Source: a virus. From it: 64,000 bases of DNA. The stretch lies in the IMG/VR virus record IMGVR_UViG_3300023184_000070, positions 22,776-86,775 of that record; one strand, 5' to 3'. The position numbers and the translations under genes were made by a program. Every line of letters starts with the position of its first letter. Position 1 is the stretch's first letter. A model generated the notes under the pieces. That model was given only the letters and a program-made list of their open reading frames with translations, did no database searches and was not told where the DNA came from. This document shows positions 1-8,535 of this stretch, one piece after another.

Positions 1-608
1 ATTGCGTTTTCTTGATTGGTTGAACTACCAACTGCTCCAGTGTCCACGGCAATAGTTGCTACTGTGGCTGTTGCGGCTGAGCCAGTGTTTGCACCAGTAA
101 TAGTCACTGTTGATCCTACTTTATGTCCAGATCCTGCTGTTGCTACTTGAATAGATTTTACACGATATGTCAGTGTTAGAGTACAACCTAGGCCTGCCAC
201 AGAGTCAGTTGTTGTGGCTTGAGCACCAGTTGCTAGTACTCCAGCAAATGTTCCACGTGTTAACGGTGCGGCTGCGGTTACTATACCGGCGCCGTCTGCT
301 GTTACTGTAAATGTTGCTACACCGCTGGCTGTAGTAACTGTTAAAATATCACCAGTAACATAGTTATCTGCACCGGCACCACCACCAGCTGTAACTACTG
401 CTGAAGCAACTTCTAATGTTGTTGTACCAGTTGCTGTAACTCCGTCTGGAAGGAAAGGTGTTACAGTTGCCGTTGGTCTAACTTGATATGTACCACCAGT
501 TGCTACTGTAAATGTTGCTACTGCACCACCACCAATACCATCATCGGTTGTGCCTGCGGCACCAATGTTTCTATTACCAAAATATTTTTTGTTTAAAGGA
601 CGTCCCAT
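1..608 (-). CDS. Virion structural protein, Thr/Ala/Gly-rich, truncated by the window edge (N-terminus MGRPLNKKYFG)
   Basis: ATG at 608 after a purine-rich leader; frame reads MGRPLNKKYFGNRNIGAAGTTDDGIGGG... towards the left edge; missing from the ORF track, presumably because its stop lies outside the window. Confidence 0.75.
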   Translation of the reverse strand, partial: MGRPLNKKYFGNRNIGAAGTTDDGIGGGAVATFTVATGGTYQVRPTATVTPFLPDGVTATGTTTLEVASAVVTAGGGAGADNYVTGDILTVTTASGVATFTVTADGAGIVTAAAPLTRGTFAGVLATGAQATTTDSVAGLGCTLTLTYRVKSIQVATAGSGHKVGSTVTITGANTGSAATATVATIAVDTGAVGSSTNQENA

Positions 609-631
609 TTTATATCTCTCTTTCTTTATAA

Positions 632-1117
632 TTAAACTGGATTTGGATCTTGTGATGTAAACGACGTAATCCACCATGTGCCAGTTCCGGCATCAAATGT
701 GAAGGTCCAAACGGCATTTCCCCATTCACGACTGTAGTCAGTGGTGTCTTCAATAGTAGTTTCGCCGCCCGGTTGCATGTAGATGCTGTGATATGTTTGA
801 GCATTTACAGCGTCACGTTTGATAATGTATTGTTTTCCGTCTACCGCAGTTTGTGGTAGATATACAGTAGTGCCACGATAGGTTACTGGATTAACAATAA
901 CAAAGTGATCCGATGGCAGTAGAGTATATTCATAATCATCGTCATTTGCTGTAACTCTTGTAACTTGTACTACACCAGTTACGCCGCCTGCTGATACACC
1001 ATCGCTAACACGCAAAGCTGGTGTTGATGGATCATAAAACATGTCACCTGCGTGACCAACGTGAGTGTCGGCGTTGTCATTTACATGCTTGTAATGTATT
1101 TTTCTTGTGTTTGCCAT
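632..1117 (-). CDS. Putative virion/fibre-associated protein (161 aa)
   Basis: AAGGAG RBS upstream; N-terminal 'GDMFYDP..ALRVSDG..AGG' segment typical of phage fibre/decoration proteins. Confidence 0.6.
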   Translation of the reverse strand: MANTRKIHYKHVNDNADTHVGHAGDMFYDPSTPALRVSDGVSAGGVTGVVQVTRVTANDDDYEYTLLPSDHFVIVNPVTYRGTTVYLPQTAVDGKQYIIKRDAVNAQTYHSIYMQPGGETTIEDTTDYSREWGNAVWTFTFDAGTGTWWITSFTSQDPNPV

Positions 1118-1204
1118 TTTGTTTTCTCCTTGTGAAACACGGCGTTCTAGGCCGTACGCGGTTGGATTTCCGCATAAGACTCACACCATGTGAATCGTAC
1201 TAGA
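1118..1204 (-). ncRNA. Candidate structured cis-regulatory 5' leader RNA
   Basis: Three consecutive hairpins plus a possible pseudoknot between a TAAATA box and the RBS of the 632..1117 gene. Confidence 0.55.
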
Positions 1205-1210
1205 TATTTA

Positions 1211-1864
1211 TTAATTTAATTCAAAAAGCAGCAAATGGGGCCTACCAATTGGTACTACCAAACTTACCTGATCTATTTCTATTGCATCGCCCTCGTTTAA
1301 TACTGTATCGTTAACAGTACAACTACCTTCTAGTACCAACAAGTAACTAAAATCATTTGTTCTTAGATTTTGATCCAATACACCGGCCCAACAACTGAAT
1401 CTAGTGTTTTTGAATACAATTGGCAGCTGAGCAAAGCCAGGCTGGCGATCAATAAAATCGTATTTGGGAGTTCTATCCCAATCTATCGTATTGGGATATA
1501 CCCATATCTGTAGATATCTATTAGGCTCAATGCCTTCGTTAGATAGCTCGTGCCATATGCTGTTGCCGCACCAAAAATGTTGTATTTGCCCAGCCCGGGC
1601 TGTGTTGTCATTACCAATGTTATCCCGATGTCTACATTGACCGGCAATGACATAATTAATTATGTCTAGTCCACGATGTTCGTGCCAGCTGGTAATAAAT
1701 CCCGGTTGAGTGCGATCATCATTGATTGTTGTCACCGGGCCCCAATTGGTATATTTGGGATCACGATAATTCATGCAACTAAAACTACGATAACTTTGAT
1801 AATTGTCTTCGCCTAACCGATTGGTTGGTATAAATCCTCTAGTGGCAGCTGGTCTAATTTTCAT
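1211..1864 (-). CDS. Pirin family protein (YhhW/YhaK-like cupin)
   Basis: Pirin N-terminal pattern 'SFS..Y.DP....WG....INDD...PG...H.H..LDII.YV..G...H.D..GN'. Confidence 0.85.
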   Translation of the reverse strand: MKIRPAATRGFIPTNRLGEDNYQSYRSFSCMNYRDPKYTNWGPVTTINDDRTQPGFITSWHEHRGLDIINYVIAGQCRHRDNIGNDNTARAGQIQHFWCGNSIWHELSNEGIEPNRYLQIWVYPNTIDWDRTPKYDFIDRQPGFAQLPIVFKNTRFSCWAGVLDQNLRTNDFSYLLVLEGSCTVNDTVLNEGDAIEIDQVSLVVPIGRPHLLLFELN

Positions 1865-1884
1865 ATACAGTATTTAACAGCCGT

Positions 1885-1911
1885 AAAAAAGCCTACTATA
1901 AAAGTAGGCTT
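1885..1911 (-). terminator. Rho-independent terminator
   Basis: AAGCCTACT/AGTAGGCTT stem followed by a T-run on the minus strand. Confidence 0.75.
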
Positions 1912-1930
1912 GATTTTAAATAACTATCAA

Positions 1931-2335
1931 TTAACAATCGTTAACGATACTGTAGCCTGTTAGTTCACCATTCCATACGCGACAGCTAGAACCGCATGCA
2001 GCATCAACAATCTCTTCAAGCGCAGCTACACGATATTGGTCTTGATTTTGTTGATTTTGTTGCTTGGTTACTGCATCAATGTTAAACGGTGCAGTGTTTG
2101 CTGACGCAATTACTGTAAACCAATCTCCGTCTGGAGCTCCAACTGCATAAAGCTCAATGCGTTGTTGCAATGCTTTAACTGCTTGCTCGTATAAGCTACC
2201 CGAATCTAGATAGTTGTTTTCAACGTTAGTCTGCATATCAACCTGGAAATACGATAGTTCACGTGTACCAAACTGTGAAGATGGTTGTGCTTTTTCGTAG
2301 TTTCTAGCGAAGTCTGTTCCTGTTAAATCTGGCAT
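1931..2335 (-). CDS. Hypothetical protein, probably virion-associated
   Basis: 134-aa ORF with AAGGA RBS and a TAAATA box at 2362-2367; lies directly after the capsid gene. Confidence 0.65.
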   Translation of the reverse strand: MPDLTGTDFARNYEKAQPSSQFGTRELSYFQVDMQTNVENNYLDSGSLYEQAVKALQQRIELYAVGAPDGDWFTVIASANTAPFNIDAVTKQQNQQNQDQYRVAALEEIVDAACGSSCRVWNGELTGYSIVNDC

Positions 2336-2379
2336 AATAAATCCTTTAAAGTTTATAATATTATTTATTCAATTTCAAC

Positions 2380-2402
2380 AAAAAAGCGCCCTTAGGCGCT
2401 TT
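2380..2402 (-). terminator. Rho-independent terminator after the major capsid gene
   Basis: AAAGCGCC-CTTA-GGCGCTTT stem-loop with a T-run on the minus strand. Confidence 0.8.
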
Positions 2403-2444
2403 AATGTAACTTCCCATCCCGAGGGTAAAAAGTTGGTCCTACTA

Positions 2445-3623
2445 TTAATAGAACGATAGATTTGCAACTTCGATCTCAGAAACGTAGTCACCTGCGTTAC
2501 CTAGAGAACTTGCTGTGTTGGTCAACTCAACATATCCATAACGAGTCATAAAGCCTACGACTGGTTCGAATGTGTTTGGATCCAATACAACACCACTGCT
2601 CATCAAAGGAATGTATGGGCAATAGAATGCTGCTGCGTCTGCTTCGCTAGAACCTTTGTAGCCAACCAATACTGGTGTGCTGTCATTGGCATAGCTGTCA
2701 ACATAGATACGCATTGCACCGTTCAATGTACCAACAAACTTGGTGTTTGTAGGTGCTTCAAATGTACCTTCTGTGGTACGTGCAAAGGCACTGGTAGTAG
2801 CACTTTGTAGAACTGTCAATGCAGCTGGACTTACAATAGCCCAGTTACCAGCGCCACGACGTGTACGTTGTGCGATCAAGTTGGCACTACGATTGATCAA
2901 TACTGCAAGAGCAGCGTGCTCATCACCAACGAATGTAGCGGTACCGCTGACATTAGCTTGGTCATAAGTGAACTCAGGAGCAGCCAAGGCACGTAAAGAA
3001 CCTAGGATCTCTTGATCAATTTCAACTGTGATTTCTTGTGCAAGTGCAGCCATGATTTCTGCCTCAACGTCCAAACCATGCATGGCTTGTGCGTCTTGAG
3101 CAGCTTCAAAAGTCCAACGAGCAGACATTTTACGTGTCTTAGCTTCGACGACTTGTTTCATGATCTGTACGTTGATCTTACGACCTGGTACGCCTTCTAG
3201 ACTGCTGGTGCTAGTTGCGCGGCCAGTGCTAGAGTCGCCAGAATAAGCAACTGCAATCTTGAATGGGCTCAATGCTTCGTCACCAGCGGTTGTGTTGGTG
3301 CCATAGCTGCTGCCGTCATTCATGCTTTCAGCGTAACGAACACGTAGAGTGTGGATCTGTGCAACAGGTCCTGTCATTGGCTGAACGCCGATGATTTCGT
3401 TAGCGATAACTGTTGGCATTACACGACGGATAACTGGTAGAATAACACGGTTAAGTGTTGCTACGTTGCTAGCTTGTGTTGCGCCTAGAGTTGCATTTTC
3501 TTGCAAGTGCTTGCGTGTGTTTTCTAATACCACTGCCATTGATGTGCGGCGTGACCCTTGTAGGCCTTCCAGCAGGGCATCTTTAGTTTCGCCCCAACGG
3601 CTTTCCAATAGTTGTTGTGTCAT
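2445..3623 (-). CDS. gp23: Major capsid protein (T4 gp23 family)
   Basis: Motifs 'GVQPMTGP', 'AKTRKMSARWTFEAAQD..AMHGLD.EAE', 'FYCPYIPL', 'P.VGFMTRYG'. Confidence 0.97.
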   Translation of the reverse strand: MTQQLLESRWGETKDALLEGLQGSRRTSMAVVLENTRKHLQENATLGATQASNVATLNRVILPVIRRVMPTVIANEIIGVQPMTGPVAQIHTLRVRYAESMNDGSSYGTNTTAGDEALSPFKIAVAYSGDSSTGRATSTSSLEGVPGRKINVQIMKQVVEAKTRKMSARWTFEAAQDAQAMHGLDVEAEIMAALAQEITVEIDQEILGSLRALAAPEFTYDQANVSGTATFVGDEHAALAVLINRSANLIAQRTRRGAGNWAIVSPAALTVLQSATTSAFARTTEGTFEAPTNTKFVGTLNGAMRIYVDSYANDSTPVLVGYKGSSEADAAAFYCPYIPLMSSGVVLDPNTFEPVVGFMTRYGYVELTNTASSLGNAGDYVSEIEVANLSFY

Positions 3624-3650
3624 TTTTCTTTTCCTTTAAGGTTAACTATT

Positions 3651-4745
3651 TTATTTTAGCCCTGCTAAACGCTTCAAATCAATGACATTTGTGTCAGAGT
3701 TCTGTGCAGATTTAGCAGATTTATCTCCAGTAACTTCACTTCTGCTTTCAGTTAGTGCGGTCTTTTCAGAACGCTTAACTGGTGCATTGTTCAGCACTGC
3801 TGGTAGATACTTTTCAAATGCAGACTGCAACTTATCAGTCTGTACATTTTCCAGAAGCTCTGTCATCACAGTAGCTTTTTCTTGATTAAGGGGTTTCAAT
3901 AAGCTGGACATTGCTGCACGGCGCTCCATTGATTCCTTAATAATACGCAGCTCACGATCCTTGCTCTCAACTACACGTTCCTTTGCAGTAACGGTACTGG
4001 AGATTGATGTAATCGCTTGCTTTTGTTTTTCAATTGTTTCATGTAGTTTGCGGATTTCTTTGTTCTCATTTAAGTGAGTAACTGAGAATTCGCTTGCAAA
4101 TGCTTCGAACAATCTACGTCCAAACATGTTCTCACGAGCAGTTTGAATGTCTTCTTTTAACTGGGTCAATTCAGTTTTTAGATTAGCGGCAACAGCTTCT
4201 TTAACTAGCTTGCTGCTACGGGCGATAAAACGTCCTTGCAGTTCATCTAGTTTAGCACGGGCAGTAGAGATCAAGCGAACTTTAGTTTCTACTACTTGCT
4301 TCTTGTCGGCAGCGAATTCTTTAATTTCCTCTGCAAGTGCATGTACTACGAATTTTTCTAGGCGTGCAAAGTTTTCAGTTTGACGCTTGCGATCACTACG
4401 TAGTTCTTGGATTTCTTCGCTCAACTTCTTAACTAAGAAGCTGTCAAATCGTCCAGCACTTTCCATCATGTGATTTTTAAATTTCACACGATCTTCGACC
4501 ATGGCTTGTTTTTCCCCTGCAAATTCTGCAATTTCAGCGGTCAAGCCTTCTGTTACCATTTTGTCCAAAGCTTCGACCATTACTTTTTTGTCATGCTCAT
4601 ATCGGCTAGCCATTTCTTCACGCAATTCAGCGCGAATATGCTCCCGTGCCTCAACTAGCTTGGTATCCCACGCTTCGCTGATCGCTGTACGAGTTTCCTC
4701 GTTGACAATGCTGGCATCTAACAATGGTTTCAATGTATCGAACAT
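3651..4745 (-). CDS. gp22: Prohead scaffolding/core protein (gp22-like)
   Basis: Charged coiled-coil protein between protease and capsid genes, matching T4 synteny. Confidence 0.75.
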   Translation of the reverse strand: MFDTLKPLLDASIVNEETRTAISEAWDTKLVEAREHIRAELREEMASRYEHDKKVMVEALDKMVTEGLTAEIAEFAGEKQAMVEDRVKFKNHMMESAGRFDSFLVKKLSEEIQELRSDRKRQTENFARLEKFVVHALAEEIKEFAADKKQVVETKVRLISTARAKLDELQGRFIARSSKLVKEAVAANLKTELTQLKEDIQTARENMFGRRLFEAFASEFSVTHLNENKEIRKLHETIEKQKQAITSISSTVTAKERVVESKDRELRIIKESMERRAAMSSLLKPLNQEKATVMTELLENVQTDKLQSAFEKYLPAVLNNAPVKRSEKTALTESRSEVTGDKSAKSAQNSDTNVIDLKRLAGLK

Positions 4746-4844
4746 TGTGGTTCTCCTGTTCTAAACTGTTTACTTTTTAGTAATCATCTTGCAGTTTGGC
4801 AAGGTTTCAAATAACCCAATTTGGGTTACTGGAAATTTTTCACT

Positions 4845-5486
4845 CTATAATTTTAAATCAGCAATTACTTTTAATACTTCTTGTTTTAAATACTTTTGCA
4901 CTCTTGGATCAGTCTTAGCATCTCCTGCCATTTCTAAAATCTTATTGCCACCCGACATATTCATTAGGCCTTCATAGATGGCTTTTGGATATGCGTTAGG
5001 GGCACTAGGTTGTGCTACAATATCTACAGTTACTATTTCAAACTCGCTAACTTGTCCGTTACCTTCGTTGACATTGCCGCTACCTCTGCTGCTAACGCCC
5101 AACTTAACTCCGCTTTGCAACATGGTAATAACCAGTTGTCCCATTGGAGTAGGCAATATTTTTAACTTACCAAAGCCATTGGGGCCATCCATCCACATGT
5201 CAGTGATCATATGGCAAACACGATCCAAGTTGATTTTTAAGTCTTCAGGGTGATCTAACTCACCTAGAACACTGTAACCATCTTTGATCTGCTTGTCAAT
5301 TGTAGCCACTGCACGAGATATCTCATCAGTTGGGTAAACACGCTGGTTAGCATTTTTAACACCGCCTTGAATGAAGATACCTTTCATGTAGTAATTCTTA
5401 CCAGAGCTACCATCACTGGAAGCTTCCGCCAGGACTTCCATCCTGGCGTTGTCAAATGTAAGATGTTCTCTTAGATAAGCTACCAT
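4845..5486 (-). CDS. gp21: Prohead protease (T4 gp21 family)
   Basis: Motifs 'GIFIQ...N.N.R.YP', 'LGELDHP', 'GVSSRG.G', 'DIV..PSAP.A'. Confidence 0.95.
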   Translation of the reverse strand: MVAYLREHLTFDNARMEVLAEASSDGSSGKNYYMKGIFIQGGVKNANQRVYPTDEISRAVATIDKQIKDGYSVLGELDHPEDLKINLDRVCHMITDMWMDGPNGFGKLKILPTPMGQLVITMLQSGVKLGVSSRGSGNVNEGNGQVSEFEIVTVDIVAQPSAPNAYPKAIYEGLMNMSGGNKILEMAGDAKTDPRVQKYLKQEVLKVIADLKL

Positions 5487-5495
5487 AAGTGACTA

Positions 5496-6404
5496 TTAAC
5501 GAATTTTTCCGCCAACTACGCTCTTGCTAGTTACTGGCAATTTACCGTCAGTAGTTTCGCCTTCTTTGCCTTTAGCTTTTTCATAGCTGGTAGCACGAGT
5601 TGTGTAACCTTTGGTGTGTGCATTAGGGGTGTTCTCAAAAGAACCTGCGCCTTTTAATTCGCCACGACCTTTAGTGTACTGGTTGTTTGGTGTTGGAACT
5701 GGCTTACCATCAGCTGACTGCTCTGTACCACCTTTAAGCAAATCGTTAGAGTTGCTCATTCTGTTTGGCTTAGCTACAATGCTTTGCTTGTTAAGAGCAG
5801 GAGCGTCGCCGCCTTTACCGACAGTCTTGCCTTCACCAGTAGCTGGGGCTTGCTTGTAAACTTGTCCGTGATCTTCAACATACTCGCGCATGATGCTTTC
5901 GTCTTCGGCGCCAGGAGCACCAAATTCACCACCCATGTCGTCACCACCCATGTCGTCCATGCCACCCATGTCGTCACCACCCATGTCGTCACCACCTTTG
6001 CCCATTAACTGGTCAAATTCAGCTTTAAGTTCATCAAGAGCAGACTCTAGGTCCATGATGGTGTTTTCAATTTTTTCTTCTGGTGTGCCTTCTTCGCCGC
6101 CCATGTCGTCCATGCCGCCCATGTCGTCACCACCTAGATCGTCACCACCTAATTCGTCGGTGTCGCTATCCATTGGCTCATCACCTAATTCTTCTTCTTC
6201 TTGCATGCCAGATTCGTCAGTAGTAACATCGTTCATGATGCCCTGTACTTGGTTTCCGCCAATGCTTTCGTCGAAATCTTCTTCGTCAATGAGACTTTCA
6301 TAGATGTCGCGGCTTTTCTCAACCACCAATTGATGGAAAAGATCACGTGCTTTATCTTCTTGTTCATTGATAATAAATTCAATTAATTGTTCATACTTGT
6401 TCAT
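5496..6404 (-). CDS. Acidic low-complexity prohead core-like protein
   Basis: D/E/G/M-rich 302-aa protein between portal and protease, where T4 has gp67/gp68. Confidence 0.6.
   Translation of the reverse strand: MNKYEQLIEFIINEQEDKARDLFHQLVVEKSRDIYESLIDEEDFDESIGGNQVQGIMNDVTTDESGMQEEEELGDEPMDSDTDELGGDDLGGDDMGGMDDMGGEEGTPEEKIENTIMDLESALDELKAEFDQLMGKGGDDMGGDDMGGMDDMGGDDMGGEFGAPGAEDESIMREYVEDHGQVYKQAPATGEGKTVGKGGDAPALNKQSIVAKPNRMSNSNDLLKGGTEQSADGKPVPTPNNQYTKGRGELKGAGSFENTPNAHTKGYTTRATSYEKAKGKEGETTDGKLPVTSKSVVGGKIR
5928..6150. repeat. Coding tandem repeats (DDMGG units, ~15 bp) in two blocks
   Basis: CCACCCATGTCGTCA-like units at ~5928-5995 and ~6096-6150. Confidence 0.8.
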
Positions 6405-6512
6405 GAGAACTCCTTGTTAATAATGAAGCTTGTACATTATTTACATAATATACAAATATTTTGGTTATAATGGGTGTTTTTTAATGGTTTTTGCGGACTA
6501 ATCCGTAAAACA

Positions 6513-6734
6513 TTATAAAGATGGGGCTTCAACAGGTGGTTTATACTGTGTAGCCACTGTTTTTAGCTTTTGTTCATGCTCAAGTTTACGCACATCATTC
6601 ATAATCCTAAGGCGGTTTAACTGTTCTAGACTAAGTCTACTTTTACGTAGATCACTTAATTTAAGAACAGTATTATCCTCTTTTTCTGTAGAGTATCCTG
6701 TAGGAGTAGGCGCGAATAGTTCAGTTACATACAT
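6513..6734 (-). CDS. Small hypothetical head-module protein
   Basis: 73-aa ORF; TAAATA box 5 nt upstream of the ATG. Confidence 0.7.
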   Translation of the reverse strand: MYVTELFAPTPTGYSTEKEDNTVLKLSDLRKSRLSLEQLNRLRIMNDVRKLEHEQKLKTVATQYKPPVEAPSL

Positions 6735-6757
6735 AGTGTTATTTAACTAAATTTCAA

Positions 6758-8500
6758 TTAAGTTGGCGCCGGGGCTGGCGCTGCTGCACCCATATCCCCG
6801 GGAGCGCCCCCTGGTGCAGAACCCGGCTCACCACCAACGCCTTCTTCCCCGCCTTCGGGGGGAGTGATTGCACCAAGATCTGAATCTAGTCCTCCGGGAG
6901 TAACGCCCACGCTGCGCAAACCTAAATCTTCTGTTGGGGCGTTTTCTGCATCGCCGCGCTCTTCTAGCCACATGTTTTCGTTTTCGCTCATTTCTTGCTC
7001 ACTCATGCCCAAATAGCGTTTCATCAAGAAACGTTTACTGAAGTAAGGGAAAGCTTCTAGCTGTGTAAATGTACCAATTCTAGCACCATCTACTTCAGCC
7101 TGGCGATACTGCGCAAAGTTTTGTGGCTCATTAAACATGAGATCAAACAACTGCCCATCAATGTTAATGCCACGCCAGCGCATGAACATCTTAAATTCTG
7201 TGTCAAATTTTTCAATAACCATCTTCTGCAACCGCTTGCAGTATTGGTTAAAGCGCCATTCTTGGATTAATGCTGTGCCTACTTTGCCATCATTATAGGT
7301 CTGACTGCCGTCATCTGTACCTGTAGGCAAGTAACTGCTGGGAATACGCAGGCCACGGAACAACTTGTTAGTGAAGAATCGCAAGTCTGTGATCTCGCCC
7401 AAGTTCTGCCCACCTTGTAAGACTTCAACTTTGCTGCCACGACCGTCTGCTGTTTGTGGGAAGAAGAAGTCTTCGTTGGTGCTCAGGGGATTGTAGGTAG
7501 CATCCATCATGTTGGTAGTACCGTTACCAGTTTGCGTAGGAATTCTGCGCTGTGCAATCTCGTTTTTAACACGCTCAACAAAGGCCATGGCCATGTGACT
7601 GGGCATGTTGCCTACGTCAATGTAAAACGCTCTACGCTCTGGCGCACGTTGCACACGATAGATAATGATGGAATCTTCAAGCAGTTCTTTTTGCTTGAAT
7701 ACCTTAAAGACATTTTCTAATGCACTGTTACCAAATGGCCAGAATGTGTCTAGTCCTTCTGTAAGTCCCACGTGGATTATGTGTTCTGCATTAATTACTG
7801 CTTCGTTCTGTGCATGACTAAATCTACTGCCGCCAGTATAGGGAGTTCTAGGCTGTGTGTAACTGCCGCCGCCTCCACCAGTTTGCGGACTGTTGGTATA
7901 TGTATCTGTAGTGCTCAACGCAGTGGCAGTCATGTTTTGGAAGTTAGGTTGCAAGTCTTTGATTACATACTGCTCAGGATTTTTACCCTCTGCTTCGTTT
8001 ACAATGATCTTGACCACTTTGCTCATCTCGGTCCAGTATAATTTAAATGTTTCTGGGTCACGGATAAACACTTGATCGCCGTACTTGATGGTATTACGCA
8101 TGATTTTGAACATGCGCTTGTTAAATTCATTTAGGGTAACCCACTGCTGTAGCTGCTCTTTGATAATTTTGATTTCGTTATCGGTGGGTTCTTCTTTGTA
8201 GTGTATATCAAATGGTAAATTGGTTTCTTCATGTGGCTGTGTGCTAAACTCAGCCAGGATGTCTAGGGCAGCGTTAACTTCGCTGTCCATGTCCATTTGT
8301 TCATATTGATTGTAGCGTTCTAGTCTATTGGGGTGACCAATGTAAATTTCTGGCAGCTGACTTTGATAGTTGCTGTACTTCATGTCCCCACCAGTACTGG
8401 TATTTGCGCCACTACCAATTGGACTCATGGCGTTGCCGGTACCGGCTGTACGGAAATACTTTTTCCAACTTCCGCCTGTTTGTGTTTTGGGTTCTGCCAT
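6758..8500 (-). CDS. gp20: Portal vertex protein (T4 gp20 family)
   Basis: Motifs 'EDSIIIYRVQRAPERRAFYIDVGNMP', 'EDFFFP...GRGSKVE.L.GG.NLG.I.D'. Confidence 0.97.
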   Translation of the reverse strand: MAEPKTQTGGSWKKYFRTAGTGNAMSPIGSGANTSTGGDMKYSNYQSQLPEIYIGHPNRLERYNQYEQMDMDSEVNAALDILAEFSTQPHEETNLPFDIHYKEEPTDNEIKIIKEQLQQWVTLNEFNKRMFKIMRNTIKYGDQVFIRDPETFKLYWTEMSKVVKIIVNEAEGKNPEQYVIKDLQPNFQNMTATALSTTDTYTNSPQTGGGGGSYTQPRTPYTGGSRFSHAQNEAVINAEHIIHVGLTEGLDTFWPFGNSALENVFKVFKQKELLEDSIIIYRVQRAPERRAFYIDVGNMPSHMAMAFVERVKNEIAQRRIPTQTGNGTTNMMDATYNPLSTNEDFFFPQTADGRGSKVEVLQGGQNLGEITDLRFFTNKLFRGLRIPSSYLPTGTDDGSQTYNDGKVGTALIQEWRFNQYCKRLQKMVIEKFDTEFKMFMRWRGINIDGQLFDLMFNEPQNFAQYRQAEVDGARIGTFTQLEAFPYFSKRFLMKRYLGMSEQEMSENENMWLEERGDAENAPTEDLGLRSVGVTPGGLDSDLGAITPPEGGEEGVGGEPGSAPGGAPGDMGAAAPAPAPT

Positions 8501-8522
8501 GTGAAATTTCTATGTTAACTTG

Positions 8523-8530
8523 TATTTATA
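8523..8530 (-). promoter_or_regulatory. T4-type late promoter TATAAATA upstream of the portal gene
   Basis: Exact T4 gp55-dependent consensus; gp55 is encoded in this window. Confidence 0.75.
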
Positions 8531-8535
8531 TACAA

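Noticed and set aside
5928-6150. Repeats as a possible CRISPR array
   Set aside because: In-frame coding repeats (DDMGG) without unique spacers; the same applies to the PAAT and collagen repeats.
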